Below, one piece after another: positions 13,505-27,681 of a stretch of DNA of 64,000 nucleotides. This DNA comes from Eledone cirrhosa (taxonomy: Eukaryota). The notes under the pieces are model-generated. The model made no database searches. It was not told the origin of the DNA and saw only the letters and a program-made list of their open reading frames with translations. Made by a program: the position numbers and the translations under genes. Numbering within the stretch: position 1 is the stretch's first letter; the number at the start of each line of letters is the position of its first letter. The stretch covers positions 341,310,001-341,374,000 of the forward strand of contig OZ024741.1 in NCBI GenBank assembly GCA_964016885.1, read 5' to 3'.

Positions 13505-13870
13505 TCATCATCATCATCCTTCCACGCTTGCATGGGTTTGGACGGGAGTTTTCCCACTTGAGGCAAGATTGGTTGTCTTGCTCGTATAGGACTGTCTGGC
13601 GGGTTTTCTACGGCTGGGTGCCCTTCCTAACACCAACCACGTTTACAGTGTGGACTGGGAGGTTTTTACCGTGTTACCTACACGGCCACATTACAGCGTG
13701 GACTGTGTTTATTTTTTTCGTGACACCTACACGACTTCATTTATTTCGGACTGGATGTTGTGGTACCAACATAACTTTACATCGAAAGGGGGGTGGGACG
13801 GGGTGTATTTTTGTTAGAGGTGCCTACTGACTGTAGGTTTCGCTTTGTACTTAGGCAAGGCGGGTATTCT
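13505..13870 (-). mobile_element. RTE family-B 3' end
   Basis: Reverse complement of the 7785-8192 type sequence, including (TGA)n. Confidence 0.9.
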
Positions 13871-13872
13871 GA

Positions 13873-13923
<51 letters not shown>

Positions 13924-13952
13924 CACACACATATATATACACATGTATATAT

Positions 13953-14065
<113 letters not shown>

Positions 14066-14112
14066 TATATACACATATATATATATATACACACACATAT
14101 ATATATATATAT

Positions 14113-14143
<31 letters not shown>

Positions 14144-14651
14144 CATACACATACACACATATATATATACATAACTTTGATAGGCTTCGGCCACTATTGG
14201 CCACTATTGGCCCAGGCCATGTCTAACTTAATAGCACCATCTGATATATAAGAAATAAATATCGTTTTTTACAAAAACAATATAAAAAAATTATAAAGAT
14301 AGGTGGAGACGTTAAACACAGCTCAACATACAGTAATTTATTATAAAAGCAATACAGAAGGCTGTGTATCATAACCCTCTGAAAGTATTTCCATGAAAAT
14401 TATTTTTTTTAGTTTCTACAGGGTGGTTTGACGTTTTTTCTGTAGTTGAACAACTTCACTTTTCTATACACAATGGCATCATTTCCAATTTTAAAAAAAA
14501 TGCAGACATTTTCTGTAACTATTAGCTGTTGATTGCTTTGGTGAGATTATAATGAGGCTTTATTATTAAATAACTGGTTTTGAAAAGTCCCACGAAGGGG
14601 ATGAAACGTTCCTAAATCAACATTTAATGTATTAATTGTATTTGGTGTCTA

Positions 14652-14729
<78 letters not shown>

Positions 14730-14870
14730 TATATACATATGTATATATATATAAATATGTATATGTATATATATATGTAAATAAATGTGTGTATATATAC
14801 ATATATATCTAGATATTGCTATTATCATTTACAGTCCCTCTGTGTTTAATGGATGTTCATTAGTATATGT

Positions 14871-15179
14871 GTTGTTATTTCTGCTTGCATTTTGCATATA
14901 TACATATATATATCTATATATATGCTTGCGTGGACCCCTCTCAAAAATTCGTTGGATTTTCTAATTGGATACCCTAACACTGGATACCAATACTGAATAC
15001 ACCTGAACTTCTACCAGGAAATCTTTCGTTGTCATTTCTGCTTGCATTTTACATATATAGATATATATATCAATGGTTGCGTGGACCCCTCTTAAAGATT
15101 CGTTGGATTTTCTAATTGGATACCCCGAAACTGGATACCAATTACTGAATACACCTGAACTCCTACCAGGAAATCTTTC
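14871..15179. repeat. Tandem duplication, ~155-bp unit x2
   Basis: 14871-15027 is repeated at 15028-15179. Confidence 0.9.
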
Positions 15180-15499
15180 ATATCAGTGAAAATTTTCTTT
15201 TCTTTGCTTCATATATATATATTATATATATACTTGTCCGCCATTGCAAAAGGCCATAAATTCAAAATTTTGAAGAGAGAGGAAAAGAGAGAAGTGATCT
15301 ATGAACTTGTAACATCTCACTGACCCCCCCGTCACCACAATAACAATAACGCCTACACTCGCTCCCCACCATCACCACATTACTCTAAGGTCGCTGTCCT
15401 GTCCCCTGTTGACTTACTGCTGACTCTCCTTTGATGTATGTATGTGTATATACATATGTGTATGTGTGTGTATATGTATATCTCAGTGGATGCGACCAG

Positions 15500-15830
15500 A
15501 TTTCAACACAGCAACAACTACAGCAGCAACACCAACAACAACAACAACAGCAACAACACCATCGTCTGTGTTGAATGTGTGTGTATGTATTTGTATATAT
15601 GCGACAGCAATAACAGCATCAACACCATTGTCTGCAGCAACAGCAGCAGTGAAATGAAGGACAACAACAACAGTAACAACTACAATAACAACTACAGCAC
15701 CAACAACTGCCACCACCATCACTGACCATCCACCACCACCACGCTGATACCATCCACCACCACCACACTGACACCATCCACCACCGCCATTACCAGCGTA
15801 AACAAACAATTATTATTGTTATTGTTATTA
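15500..15830. repeat. Low-complexity (CAA/CAG/CAC)n
   Basis: Direct reading. Confidence 0.9.
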
Positions 15831-16079
15831 TATACAAGCCGAACTGGACTGGGAAAGGTCAACAGTTGACATGATAGTGATTTTGACAATTTTGACTTTG
15901 ATTTTGATTTTGTATCAGTACTGTCGGTAATATATGTATATATATATATATATGTTTGTGAGTGGTGTGCGTGATTGTATGCATGAATGAGTGTTGGTAT
16001 GTGTGGTTGTGGTTTGTATGCATGAGTATTAGTGTGTGAGTCGTGTCAATAAGTTTTTTTTTTTTTTTTTTTTTTTTTC

Positions 16080-19000
16080 TAATGACCATGCTGTAAAATG
16101 GAGGGGTAGAGAGGGCCCTTGAGTCTAGTAAGACATCCTCTCTAGTGCTGGTGGCACAAATAAAAGCACCCAGTCCATGCTGTAAAGTGGCGCTGGTGTT
16201 AGGAAGGGCATCCAACCAGTGTATCAATGCCAAAAAGCTTATCAGCACAGCAACAAAACAGCATAGAAAAATATGAAGACGTCGCATCTCAGAGTTGCAA
16301 CACTTAATGTTGGCACTCTCAGAGGTAGGTCTGCTGAAATAGCGGAGATGCTGGAGAGAAGGCAGGTGGATGTGTGCTGCGTGCAAGAGGTGAGATGGAG
16401 GGGTGCCTCTGCGAGACTAATCGTAGGCAAGCGTCTTAGCTATAAGCTATTCTGGGTAGGTAAGGATGATGGGTTAGGGGGAGTAGGCATTTTCCTGGCT
16501 GAGAAATGGATCAATAAGACAATAGAGGTAGTTCGAGTTAGTAATCGAATAATTAAGCTTAGATTAGTTGTAGGTAGGAGACTACTGACAATCATCTCGG
16601 TCTATGCTCCCCAAGCAGGCCTAGGCAAAGATGAGAAAGACTGCTTTTATGAGCAACTTTTGCAAACAACCACAATGACAGAGGACGGAGACATCGTTAT
16701 GCTAGCAGGAGACTTCAATGGTCATGTTGGACAGCTCCAGGATGGTTACACTGGGGTACATGGTGGGCACGGTTACGGTTCAAGAAATGAAGAAGGAGTG
16801 AGACTTCTTGAATTTTGTGATGCAAGTACATTGACTATTTGCAACACAAACTTCCAGAAACCTGCCAATCACCTAATAACCTACAAATCTGGTGAGCACA
16901 TAAGCCAGATTGACTTCCTGCTAGTTAGGCAGCGGGACAGGCAGATAGTGTCTAATACCAAGGCATACCCTGGGGAAGAATGTACCCCACAGCATAGGTT
17001 AGTTGTTAGTGATATCTCAGTAAGCAAGAGATGGAATGAGACATATAGGAAGGTGTGGAGAAGAAAGGTCTGGAAGCTAAAAGACCTTTCATTAAAATTC
17101 AAATTTAGGAAAGCCCTTCAAGATGTATATGACGAAAAAGAAGACGATTTAGAGACGTATGACATAGATAATAACTGGAAGTTCTTACGTGACAACTTGC
17201 TGAAGGCTACTGATGAAACCTGTGGCTGGAGCAGAGCTCCAACCAGACAGAGAGTGACCTGGTGGTGGAACAGCAGTGTAGATAAGGCTATTAGAGACAA
17301 AAGACTAGCATGGAAGGCTTGGAATAAGGGTGGGAGTAGGGAAGAATATACAGCCACTAAGAGAGAAGCTAGACGTCAGGTGTACTTAGCACGCAGGGAG
17401 GCAGAGAGTAGGAGGTTTGCCAATGTTCTGCGACGGGAAGATCAGAGGCGTGCGGTGTTCCACATTGCAAGGCAGTGTGTCAATGCAAATCAGGATGTTG
17501 TTGGTGATAAATGTGTCCGGGATGATGCCGGTGTACTTAGTGTCACGAATGACCAGAAAAAGGAGGCCTGGAAATGTCATTATGAGAGACTGATGAATGT
17601 GGAGAACGAATGGGAGAGAGAGAAATTACCCTTGGTAGATCCGACAGAGGGACCAGCTATTGAGATTGACGAATATAGGGTCCAAGAGGCGATTAAGGAA
17701 ATGAAAAATGGTAAGGCGGCCGGACCATCGGGAATAGTTGCTGAGATGCTGAAGGCATCAGGGGACGTAGGCACTAAACTGGTTGCACGCATAATCAATC
17801 AGGCTATATATGGTGGTGTCATACCCAAAGACTGGTGCAGCAGTATTCTCATAAATTGCTACAAAGGTAAAGGGGATGCTTTGGAGAGGAGCAATTATAG
17901 GGGTATAAAACTGATAGATCAGGTTATGAAAGTGGCAGAAAGGATTTTAGCACAACTAATTAGAGAAAGGGTCAAACTAGATGAGATGCAGTTTGGTTTT
18001 GTGCCTGGGAAGAGTACAACAGATGCCCTCTTCTTGGTGAGACAAATGCAAGAGAGGTTCTTAGAGAAGAATAAGCCACTATACTTAGCCTTTGTTGACC
18101 TAGAGAAGGCCTTTGATAGGGTACCCCGATCTGTCATCTGGTGGTCCCTAAGGAAGCTGGGTGTTGAGGAATGGCTTGTAAGGACAGTGCAAACTTTGTA
18201 CAGAGGTACTCTCAGTAAAGTCAGGGTAGGAATGGAGTTTAGTGAGGAATTCCAGATACAAGTAGGAGTACATCAGGGTTCGGTCCTCAGCCCGCTCTTG
18301 TTCATTATAGTCCTCCAAGCCATAACAGAGGAGTTTAAGACTGGCTGTCCATGGGAACTTCTCTATGCTGACGATCTGGCTCTTATGGCAGAATCAGTAG
18401 AGGAGCTAGAGAATAAATTCCGGCTATGGAAACAGCAGTTGGAAGCAAGAGGACTGAGAGTAAATCTAGCTAAGACAAAAGTGTTGATGAGTAGAAAAGA
18501 GGACAAAACCCTGATTCCGTCAGGGAAATGGCCATGTTCGATATGCAGAAAAGGAACTGGCATAAATTCTATAAAATGCACACAATGTAGGTCCTGGGTA
18601 CACAAGAGATGTAGCGGGATAGCAGGCAAACTAACAGGTAGGGAGAAATATGTATGCAGTAGATGTACAGGGAAGTTAGACAGTAGAAGTCGCACTGATA
18701 GACACATTTTTCAAATGCGAGAGGGCGCTATAGAAGTGGTGGATAGCTTCCGGTACCTAGGAGATCAGATTAGCATGGGAGGAGGGTGTTCCGAGGCCAT
18801 AGTATCTAGAATAAGGACGGGTTGGAAGAAGTTTAGGGAGCTGCTTCCTCTGTTGACGAAGAAGGGTTTCTCCCTGCGTACGAAAGGCCGGTTGTATGAT
18901 GCCTGTGTGAGGAGCGCGATGCTGCATGGTAGTGAGACATGGGCAGCTACCGCAGAAGATATGCGACGGCTGGAGAGAAATGAGGCAAGCATGCTCCGTT

Positions 19001-19371
19001 GGATGTGCAGTGTAAATGTGCGTGAACGACCCAGCATAAATGTGTTGAGAGAGAAACTGTGTCTGAGAGGGATAGAATGTAGTGTACGGGAGAGGAGACT
19101 GAGGTGGTATGGACATGTGATGCGCATGGAGGATGACCGATGGGTGAAGAAGTGCCAGGAAATGCCAATTGAAGGAAGACGTGGTAGAGGTAGACCACGA
19201 AAAACATGGGCGGAGGTGGTGAGAACAGACCTCAGATCATTGAAGCTCACGGTGGAGATGACGAGGGACCGTGACGAGTGGAGAGATGCTGTGCTGAATA
19301 AGACCCGTCCCACCCTTGCAAGCAGGGAAAAGCGGACGTAAAATGATGATGATGATGATGATGATGATGAT
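16080..19371 (+). mobile_element. Apparently full-length RTE-clade LINE (family A)
   Basis: 5' UTR, single long ORF, tail stem cgtcc/ggacg and (TGA)n. The 5' boundary is uncertain. Confidence 0.93.
16273..19341 (+). CDS. RTE ORF: AP-like endonuclease plus reverse transcriptase with inserted PHD-type finger (1022 aa)
   Basis: [38 protein letters not shown]; [25 protein letters not shown]. No stops or frameshifts. Confidence 0.95.
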   Translation: MKTSHLRVATLNVGTLRGRSAEIAEMLERRQVDVCCVQEVRWRGASARLIVGKRLSYKLFWVGKDDGLGGVGIFLAEKWINKTIEVVRVSNRIIKLRLVVGRRLLTIISVYAPQAGLGKDEKDCFYEQLLQTTTMTEDGDIVMLAGDFNGHVGQLQDGYTGVHGGHGYGSRNEEGVRLLEFCDASTLTICNTNFQKPANHLITYKSGEHISQIDFLLVRQRDRQIVSNTKAYPGEECTPQHRLVVSDISVSKRWNETYRKVWRRKVWKLKDLSLKFKFRKALQDVYDEKEDDLETYDIDNNWKFLRDNLLKATDETCGWSRAPTRQRVTWWWNSSVDKAIRDKRLAWKAWNKGGSREEYTATKREARRQVYLARREAESRRFANVLRREDQRRAVFHIARQCVNANQDVVGDKCVRDDAGVLSVTNDQKKEAWKCHYERLMNVENEWEREKLPLVDPTEGPAIEIDEYRVQEAIKEMKNGKAAGPSGIVAEMLKASGDVGTKLVARIINQAIYGGVIPKDWCSSILINCYKGKGDALERSNYRGIKLIDQVMKVAERILAQLIRERVKLDEMQFGFVPGKSTTDALFLVRQMQERFLEKNKPLYLAFVDLEKAFDRVPRSVIWWSLRKLGVEEWLVRTVQTLYRGTLSKVRVGMEFSEEFQIQVGVHQGSVLSPLLFIIVLQAITEEFKTGCPWELLYADDLALMAESVEELENKFRLWKQQLEARGLRVNLAKTKVLMSRKEDKTLIPSGKWPCSICRKGTGINSIKCTQCRSWVHKRCSGIAGKLTGREKYVCSRCTGKLDSRSRTDRHIFQMREGAIEVVDSFRYLGDQISMGGGCSEAIVSRIRTGWKKFRELLPLLTKKGFSLRTKGRLYDACVRSAMLHGSETWAATAEDMRRLERNEASMLRWMCSVNVRERPSINVLREKLCLRGIECSVRERRLRWYGHVMRMEDDRWVKKCQEMPIEGRRGRGRPRKTWAEVVRTDLRSLKLTVEMTRDRDEWRDAVLNKTRPTLASREKRT

Positions 19372-19389
19372 ACATGTATATACATATAT

Positions 19390-19448
<59 letters not shown>

Positions 19449-19477
19449 AATATAGAGAGAGATATACATACATATAT

Positions 19478-19521
<44 letters not shown>

Positions 19522-19525
<4 letters not shown>

Positions 19526-21539
19526 GGTTGTTCCGAAGGACTGGCATAGCAGCATCATCATTAACTGTTACAAGGGTAAAGGAGATGCCCTAGATAGGTG
19601 TAACTATAGAGGCATTAAATTAATCGACCAGGTCATGAAGGTCACGGAAAAAGTAATAGCGTAACTAATCAGAGAGAGAATTGATCTAGATGAAATGCAG
19701 TTCGGGTTTGTGTCAGGCAAAAGTACCACAGACGCTCTTTTCATTGTACGACAACTACAGGAGAAGTACCTAGCTAAAAGTAAACCCCTATACTTAGCTT
19801 TTGTTGACTTGGAGAAAGCCTTCGACAGAGTCCCCCGTTCCATTATCTGGTGGGCTCTTAGAAAACTAGGTGTTGACGAATGGCTTGTGAGAGCTATACA
19901 AGCCATGTATAAAGAAACAGTCAGCAAGGTTAGAATTAACAACGAATATAGTGAAGAGTTTAGCGTAAAAGTTGGTGTCCATCAGGGCTCTGTTCTTAGC
20001 CCCCTACTATTTATTATTGCGTTTCAGGCTATAACAGAGGAATTCAAGACCGGCTGCCCATGGGAACTCCTATACGCAGATGATCTAACACTCATAGCTG
20101 AATCAATGACCGAACTAGAGAAGAAATTCCAAACATGGAAGCACGGCCTAGAATCAAAAGGCCTTAAAATTAACCTGGCTAAGACTAAAGTTCTAGTTTG
20201 TAGGAAAGAAAATAAGGTGGCGGTCCATTCCGGGAAATGGCCATGCTCAGTGTGTAGGAAAGGCGTAGGTAGAAACTCCATTTTATGTCCCCAATGCAAA
20301 GTATGGGTGCATAAAAGATGTAGTGGGATCACAGGTAAGCTAACTAAGAACATAGATTTTACATGTGGCCGGTGCTCTGGTGCAATAAGTAGCAGCAAGT
20401 GCCCACAAAATACTAGCTCTTTCAATTGTGCAGAGGGTTCTATAGAAATAGTGGACAGCTTCCGTTACCTGGGTGACAAAATCAGCAGTGGGGGAGGGTG
20501 CTCTGAAAGTACAGTAGCTAGAGTCAGAACTGGATGGAAAAAGTTCAGAGAGCTTATACCACTATTAGCCGCTAGAGGGTTCTCCCTAAAAATGAAAGGC
20601 AGGTTATACGATGCCTGCATACGAACAGCAATGCTGCATGGCAGTGAGACCTGGGCATTGTGTGCAGAGGATATACGCAGACTAGAGAGGAACGAAGCTT
20701 GCATGCTCCGCTGGATATGCAATAGTAATATACGTGAACAGCTAAGCATAAACGAACTAAGGAAAAAATTAGAAATAAGAGGGATCAGATGTTGTTTACT
20801 CGAGAGAAGGCTACGTTGGTATGGTCACGTGATGCGCATGAAAGACGACAGCTGTATAACAAAGTGCAGGGCAATAAAGATAGACGGTAGCCACGGAGTA
20901 GGCAGACCCAGAAAAACCTGGGACGACATGATAAATTCCGACCTCACACGCTTACACCTCTCCAAGACAATGTCACTGGGCTGAGACCTTTGGCGGTACT
21001 CAGTAATAGAGAAGACCCGCCTTACCTAAATACAAAGTAAAAACCTACTACAGTCAGTAGGTATCTCTATCAAAACACACCCCCGTCCCACCACCTCCAC
21101 CCCATCCACACCGCCGCTTTCAATGTAAAGTTATGTTGGCCCCACAACATCCAGGCCGAAACAAATGAGATCGTGTAGGCGTCACGATAAAAAAACACAC
21201 AGTCCACGCTGTAAATGTGGCCGTGTAGGCAACACGGTAAAAACCTCCCAGTCCCACACTGTAAATGTGGTTGGTGTTAGGAAGGGCATCCAGCTGTAGA
21301 AAACCCGCCAGACAGTCCACGCTGTAATGTGGCCGTGTAGGCAACACGGTAAAAACCTCCCAGCCCCACACTGTAAATGTGGTTGGTATTAGGAAGGGCA
21401 TCCAGCTGTAGAAAACCCGCCAGACAGTCCTATGCGAGCAAGACAACCACTCTTGCCTCAAGTGGGAAAACCCCCGTCCAAACCCATGCAAGTGTGGAAC
21501 ATGGACGCTAAACCTGATGATGATGATGATGATGATGAT
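19522..21539 (+). mobile_element. 5'-truncated RTE LINE (family B), disrupted
   Basis: Close paralog of 6291-8192. Premature stops at 19662 and 20982; duplicated 3' UTR block ~21199-21425. Confidence 0.95.
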
Positions 21540-21605
21540 ATATATATATATATATGTATACATATGTAAATATATATACACAAGGTGTATATATGTATAT
21601 ATGTA

Positions 21606-21895
21606 TTATGTTGGTGCCGCGCCATCGAGGCCGAAACAAATGAGATCGTGTAGGTGTCTCGACAAAAAAACACACAGTTCACGCTGTAATGTGGCCGTGT
21701 AGGCAACACGGTAAAAACCTCCCAGACCCACACTGTAAATGTGGTTGGTGTTAGGAAGGGCATCCAACTGTAGAAAACCTGCCAGACAGTCCTATGCGAG
21801 CAAGACAATCACTCTTGCCTCAAGTGGGACTACCCCCGTCCAAACCCATGCAAGCGTGGAACACGGACGTTAAACGTTGATGATGATGATGATGA
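21606..21895 (+). mobile_element. RTE family-B 3' end
   Basis: Near-identical to 7903-8190. Confidence 0.92.
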
Positions 21896-22099
21896 AGGGT
21901 GTATGCAAAACTTTGTATATAATGCAACACATCAATATTTTCTTTGACAGATACTGGAAAAACATAGTTCTATTGAATATATACAGTATTCTGAATGTTA
22001 AGCTGACTTAGACATCTATGCACTAATGACTTGTCTTCTTTGTAATAATAATAATAATTGTTTCTACCTTTGGCACAAAGCCAGCAATTACCCAGAACA

Positions 22100-22101
22100 T
22101 T

Positions 22102-22132
<31 letters not shown>

Positions 22133-22803
22133 TTTCTTTATTGGCCACAAGGGCTGACATCAAGAAAAACATTACAGACGGCACAGGACAGTACGATATG
22201 GGTTTTGTGTGTGTAAAGATTTTTATTATTTATATAAGAAAAGAAAAGAAAAATAGAAACATATATATATATATAAACAATAAAAATGAAAATTGAAACA
22301 ATGAAAAATACCCCAATAGGGGCGAAACCTCCGAGGGTTACTCGTAGCGAAAACCACACAAAAGACCATGGCGACCGTGACCACCAGGGCAAGCGCCCTC
22401 TCTCAATTTTTTCATTTCTCAAAATACAGGAGTATATTCAGAGCGGCCCCGTTCACTTGGACCATTCTCACTACATTCACCCAAACTTTCAACAAACTTG
22501 CTAGAAGGCAGCACTTGCCTCTCCACCCTGATTTTTCTCTTCAAGTGAAACTTGAAAAAGTTAATTAGAGATTCGCCGAAGAGGAAAGTGTCTGTCTTTA
22601 ACCTTTTCAACCTTGTCCACCACACAATCTCTTTCACCATGGCCACCAGGCAGATGAAACCACCTGCCCTTCCTCCTCGAAGGAAGACGGCGAGACCATC
22701 TGCACAATGGACTCAGTCGATACCGGAACAGTCCTACAGGCAACAGCAACTGTTTGACATAGCTCCACAAGTCAGCAATGCTCGGGCACTGAACGAGTGC
22801 ATG
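22100..22803 (-). mobile_element. Tx1/L1-like LINE 3' fragment
   Basis: [41 protein letters not shown]; (ATT)n tail. Homologous to 33408-34500. Confidence 0.8.
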
Positions 22804-22903
22804 TAATAATAATAATGTATAGTATATAGCATAATGTACAAATGTCAGGACAGGGAATAGTATATGAGTCATGATATACATGTGTGCGTGTGTATGGAGG
22901 GGA

Positions 22904-22945
<42 letters not shown>

Positions 22946-22995
22946 ATATAAATACATATATATATATATATATATATACATATATACATATATAT

Positions 22996-23045
<50 letters not shown>

Positions 23046-23134
23046 TTCGTTTCTGAATTTGTTTAGCAAGATTCCTTATTTGAAATCGTGTGTTGAAACC
23101 GATATTGTTATACTTTGGGAGGGTCATGTTGCCA

Positions 23135-23990
<856 letters not shown>

Positions 23991-24091
23991 ATGATGATGA
24001 TGATACACATATATACTCACACACACAGATATATACATAAATACACACACTCATACACATACACACATATTTATAAGTGTGTGTATGTATG

Positions 24092-24128
<37 letters not shown>

Positions 24129-24189
24129 TTATAACACTGGAAGGTAATATCTGCAGTGGTAGAGCACTCAGTCCATGGGACGAGTTAGG

Positions 24190-24483
24190 TAGAAGTGGTA
24201 ACACAACAGTTAGTTCACCATACCGAGAACAATTGTTTCACCTTAGCGGATCTGCAGCTCGTAATGGACATGGTTATACGGAACAGGAAGGACAACCGTA
24301 TGAACGCACATGCGCAGAAACCTGTTGCACACAGTTTTGTATTGCCTGGGTGAAGTGACCATTTCTGCGCATGCGCATTCTCATTCCTGTTCCGTATAAC
24401 CATGTCCATTACGAGCTGAGGATCCACTAAGGTGAAACAATTGTTCTCGCTATGGTGAACTAACTGTTGTGTTACCACTTCTA
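24190..24483. mobile_element. Fold-back element with ~120-130 bp arms, each carrying a hammerhead motif
   Basis: 24190-24320 is the reverse complement of 24362-24483. Confidence 0.85.
24412..24449 (+). ncRNA. Minimal type I hammerhead ribozyme motif
   Basis: cgag-CTGAGGA-t.cc(actaa)gg.t-GAAA-caattg-TT-ctcg. Inverted copy at 24224-24261 has core CTGCAGA. Confidence 0.8.
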
Positions 24484-24879
24484 TATATATATATATATAT
24501 ATATATAGTAATAATAATAAATTTGAAGACTAAAATCCAAAGAGGGCTCGATAAGGATAAATATATATCAGATATATAAGAACTGTAGAGCAAATATTTA
24601 TTAAAATAACAGATTAAAGTTTAAGCAAAAAATCGCTGCTTTCACCCTTAACGGGATCTTCTGAAACTAACAAAGTCAATCTGTGAACGCAGAAGTGAAT
24701 ATTTCAAAAAACGTTGCAACCGGAGGAAGACAGGAAGACAATACTTTGGTTCGTGGAAACGTTCCCTGGCAAAGAACGGGAAAAAACGAATATAATACGT
24801 TATTATTTGGAGCGGTGAAATATATGTATATATATACCACTTCTATATATATATATTTATATACATATATATGCGTGAA

Positions 24880-25266
24880 GGCGCATGGCTTAGTAGTTAG
24901 GGAATTAGGCTTGAAATCGAAAGGTTGTGAGTTCAATTCTCAGACCGGGTGATGTGTTGTTTCCTTGAGCAAGACACTTTATTTCAGATTGCTCCAGTTT
25001 ACTCAGCTGTAGAAATGAGATCTTTGGACTGGGGTCCCTATCATTCCACTGCAAAGTAGACGTGGAGGTGCCATGGCAAAAAAGCACCCAGCACTCACTG
25101 TAAATGAGGTTGGTGTTAGGAAGGGCATCCAGCTGTAGAAATCAAGCCAGAATCAGTTCCCATATGAGCAAGACAAGGTAAACAGACCAGACACTGCCCA
25201 CAACAGGACAACCCGTCTAACCCATTCTAGCGTGGAAGAACGGATGTAAAACGGTGATGATGATGA

Positions 25267-25270
<4 letters not shown>
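24880..25270 (+). mobile_element. tRNA-derived SINE with CORE-like middle and RTE-derived tail
   Basis: A box tggcttagtagtt, B box gagttcaattc, CORE-like ccttgagcaagacacttt..ctcagctgtagaaatg. Tail as in family C, with (TGA)n. Confidence 0.88.
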
Positions 25271-25299
<29 letters not shown>

Positions 25300-25610
25300 G
25301 TTTATGCATGTGTCTCTTTCTTGTCTGATTCTTAAGTTTGTGTTTTACCGAAACAGAATAACATGAATATTTTATAGTTAAACTCCAAACAACTATTGAT
25401 TCTTGCATAAACCAATACAATTTCACAGCAGAGTTTTTCTTTCTGAAAAATGTTCGTTTTCCATCAAGTCATATTTCAAATGTTTCTACCATATTGAATA
25501 ATGTGAATTAAAATACTACACACAGACATATATATGTGTGTGTGCATGTGTACGTTTATATATATATATATATAAATATCTACCTATATATATATATAAA
25601 TATATATATT

Positions 25611-25643
<33 letters not shown>

Positions 25644-26536
25644 ATATATAAATATATATATATATAAATCTATATATATATATAAATATATATATATATA
25701 TGTCTATCTATATATATATATAAATATATATATCGATATCTATATATCTATATATATAAATATATATATCGATATCTATATATCTATATATATATATCTA
25801 TATATATAAATATATATATATCTATATCAATACATATATATAAATATGTATATCTATATTTATATATATGTATTTATAAATATATATATAAACATAAATA
25901 TATATATAAATATATATAAATATATAGATATATATATAAATATAAATATATATATGTATATATATTTATATATATATATAGAGAGGGGGGGGGGGGGCAT
26001 AAAAAATTTGAAATTCAAATAATCCAACACAATATCTTGATCGTTTCTTAACTGTCATTTCATTTATACATACACTCACACACACATATGTACTAACATT
26101 GACTCACACACACATATGTACTAACATTGACTGACACACACATATGTAATAACATTGACTGACACAAGCATTTGAACTTTCAGAAAAGTGTGTACATTTA
26201 ATAAAGTTACATTTATCAGAGGAATCATGCTAATGCACTACATTATATATACAAAGCCCATATATACATATCGTCATCATCATCACCATTTTACATTTGT
26301 TTACCATGCTGGCATGGATTGCAGACGTTGTCACATTCTGTGTCTAGACAGGTCAGATGATACGTCATGCCCATACATTCCAGAGTGTACAGGGTGCATT
26401 TTATTGCAACACCAACACTATCACATTATATATGTAGGTCTGTGTGTATTATATATATATATTTATATATATATATACACATATATACATGTGTGTGTGT
26501 GTATGTTTATATATATATATTATATTTATATATATA

Positions 26537-27142
26537 CTAGCCGAATTACCTGTACCTTGCTGCATTTCACACATTTTTTTTTGTAAGAAAATGATGATTG
26601 ATTTTAAATCAGTGATATAATTTATGGTGAAAAAATAAACGGAAAATGTTAAAAAGCATTAACTAATAATTCTAGTGATGTTTTGCCATAGATAAAATGT
26701 TTAAATTAGCAAAATTTTACTATAAAAGAGAGGTGCTTTTTTTGTTGATGTACGTTTAATTAATAGAAAAACCCTGTGATAATAGAGGTTCCAATACTCA
26801 AATTATGAGCTTCCAAAATTTTCACTATAGGGGGTTTAACCCCCATTAGGTTGTCTTAATATTATTGAAATTTGCTGAAAGTTTGTGAATAGGCATCATA
26901 TCTTGTCATTTATCTATGGTTTAAATTTCATGTAAATCGAAGGGAAAAAATTTTCAGCAGGAGCAAGTAGGGGTTTGTGCCCCCGGGGAACCCTTTGATT
27001 AAAATGAAATATACTTATCCAAGAACCCCGAGCAATGTAGTTTCAGAATATATATGGTTATGGGGGTCTATCTCCAAAACCATAGGAGGAGATCGTGAAC
27101 AAACAAACAAACAGACAGGAACAACAACTTTATTATATAAGA
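26537..27142 (-). mobile_element. Non-autonomous Helitron-like element
   Basis: On the minus strand it starts TCTTATATAATAAAG and ends ...CGGCTAG, between A and T. Confidence 0.65.
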
Positions 27143-27200
27143 TATATGAGTGTGTGTGTGTGTGTGTGAATTTATATGCGTGTCTATGTTTATATGAATG

Positions 27201-27610
27201 TCATCATCATCACCGTTTTACGTCCGTTCTTCCACGCTAGCATGGGTTAGACGGGTTGTCCTGTTGTGGGCAGTGTCTGGTCGGCTGACCATGCCTTGCT
27301 CATACAGGAACTGATCTGGCTTGATTTCTACAGCTGGATGCCCTTCCTAACACCAACCTCATTTACAGTGAGTGCTGGGTGCTTTTTCGTGGCGCCTACA
27401 CGTCCACTTTACAGTGTGGGCTGGGTACTTTTTTGCCGTGGCACCTCCACGACCACCTTGCGGTGGGGGTGGGGGGGCATATTGTTTATATGCTGCAGCA
27501 TGTACTCATGGGAGGTCGGGTACCCTGTATTACTGCGTGACGCCAGAAGTCACGGTCGTGTGTCATTGACTTTGAGAGGTGTAGTTGGGTAAGGTCGGCT
27601 TTTATCACCT
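27201..27610 (-). mobile_element. RTE family-C 3' end
   Basis: Reverse complement of ~40758-41170. Confidence 0.9.
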
Positions 27611-27681
27611 GTGTATGTTTATATGAATGCATGGTTTTATGTAAATGCATGTGTTTTTGTGAATGCAAGTATTTATATGAG

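Noticed and set aside
14575-14615. TTGAAAA-gtccc..gggat-GAAA-cg-TT hammerhead-like spacing
   Set aside because: Two core mismatches and no stem I; at most a decayed relic.
16040-19400. Target-site duplication for the full-length RTE
   Set aside because: The flanks are poly-T and TA-rich repeats; no TSD can be resolved.
24880-24950. tRNA genes at SINE heads (also 35352, 36793, 38514)
   Set aside because: A and B boxes are present, but there is no complete cloverleaf and they continue into CORE-like and LINE-derived sequence.
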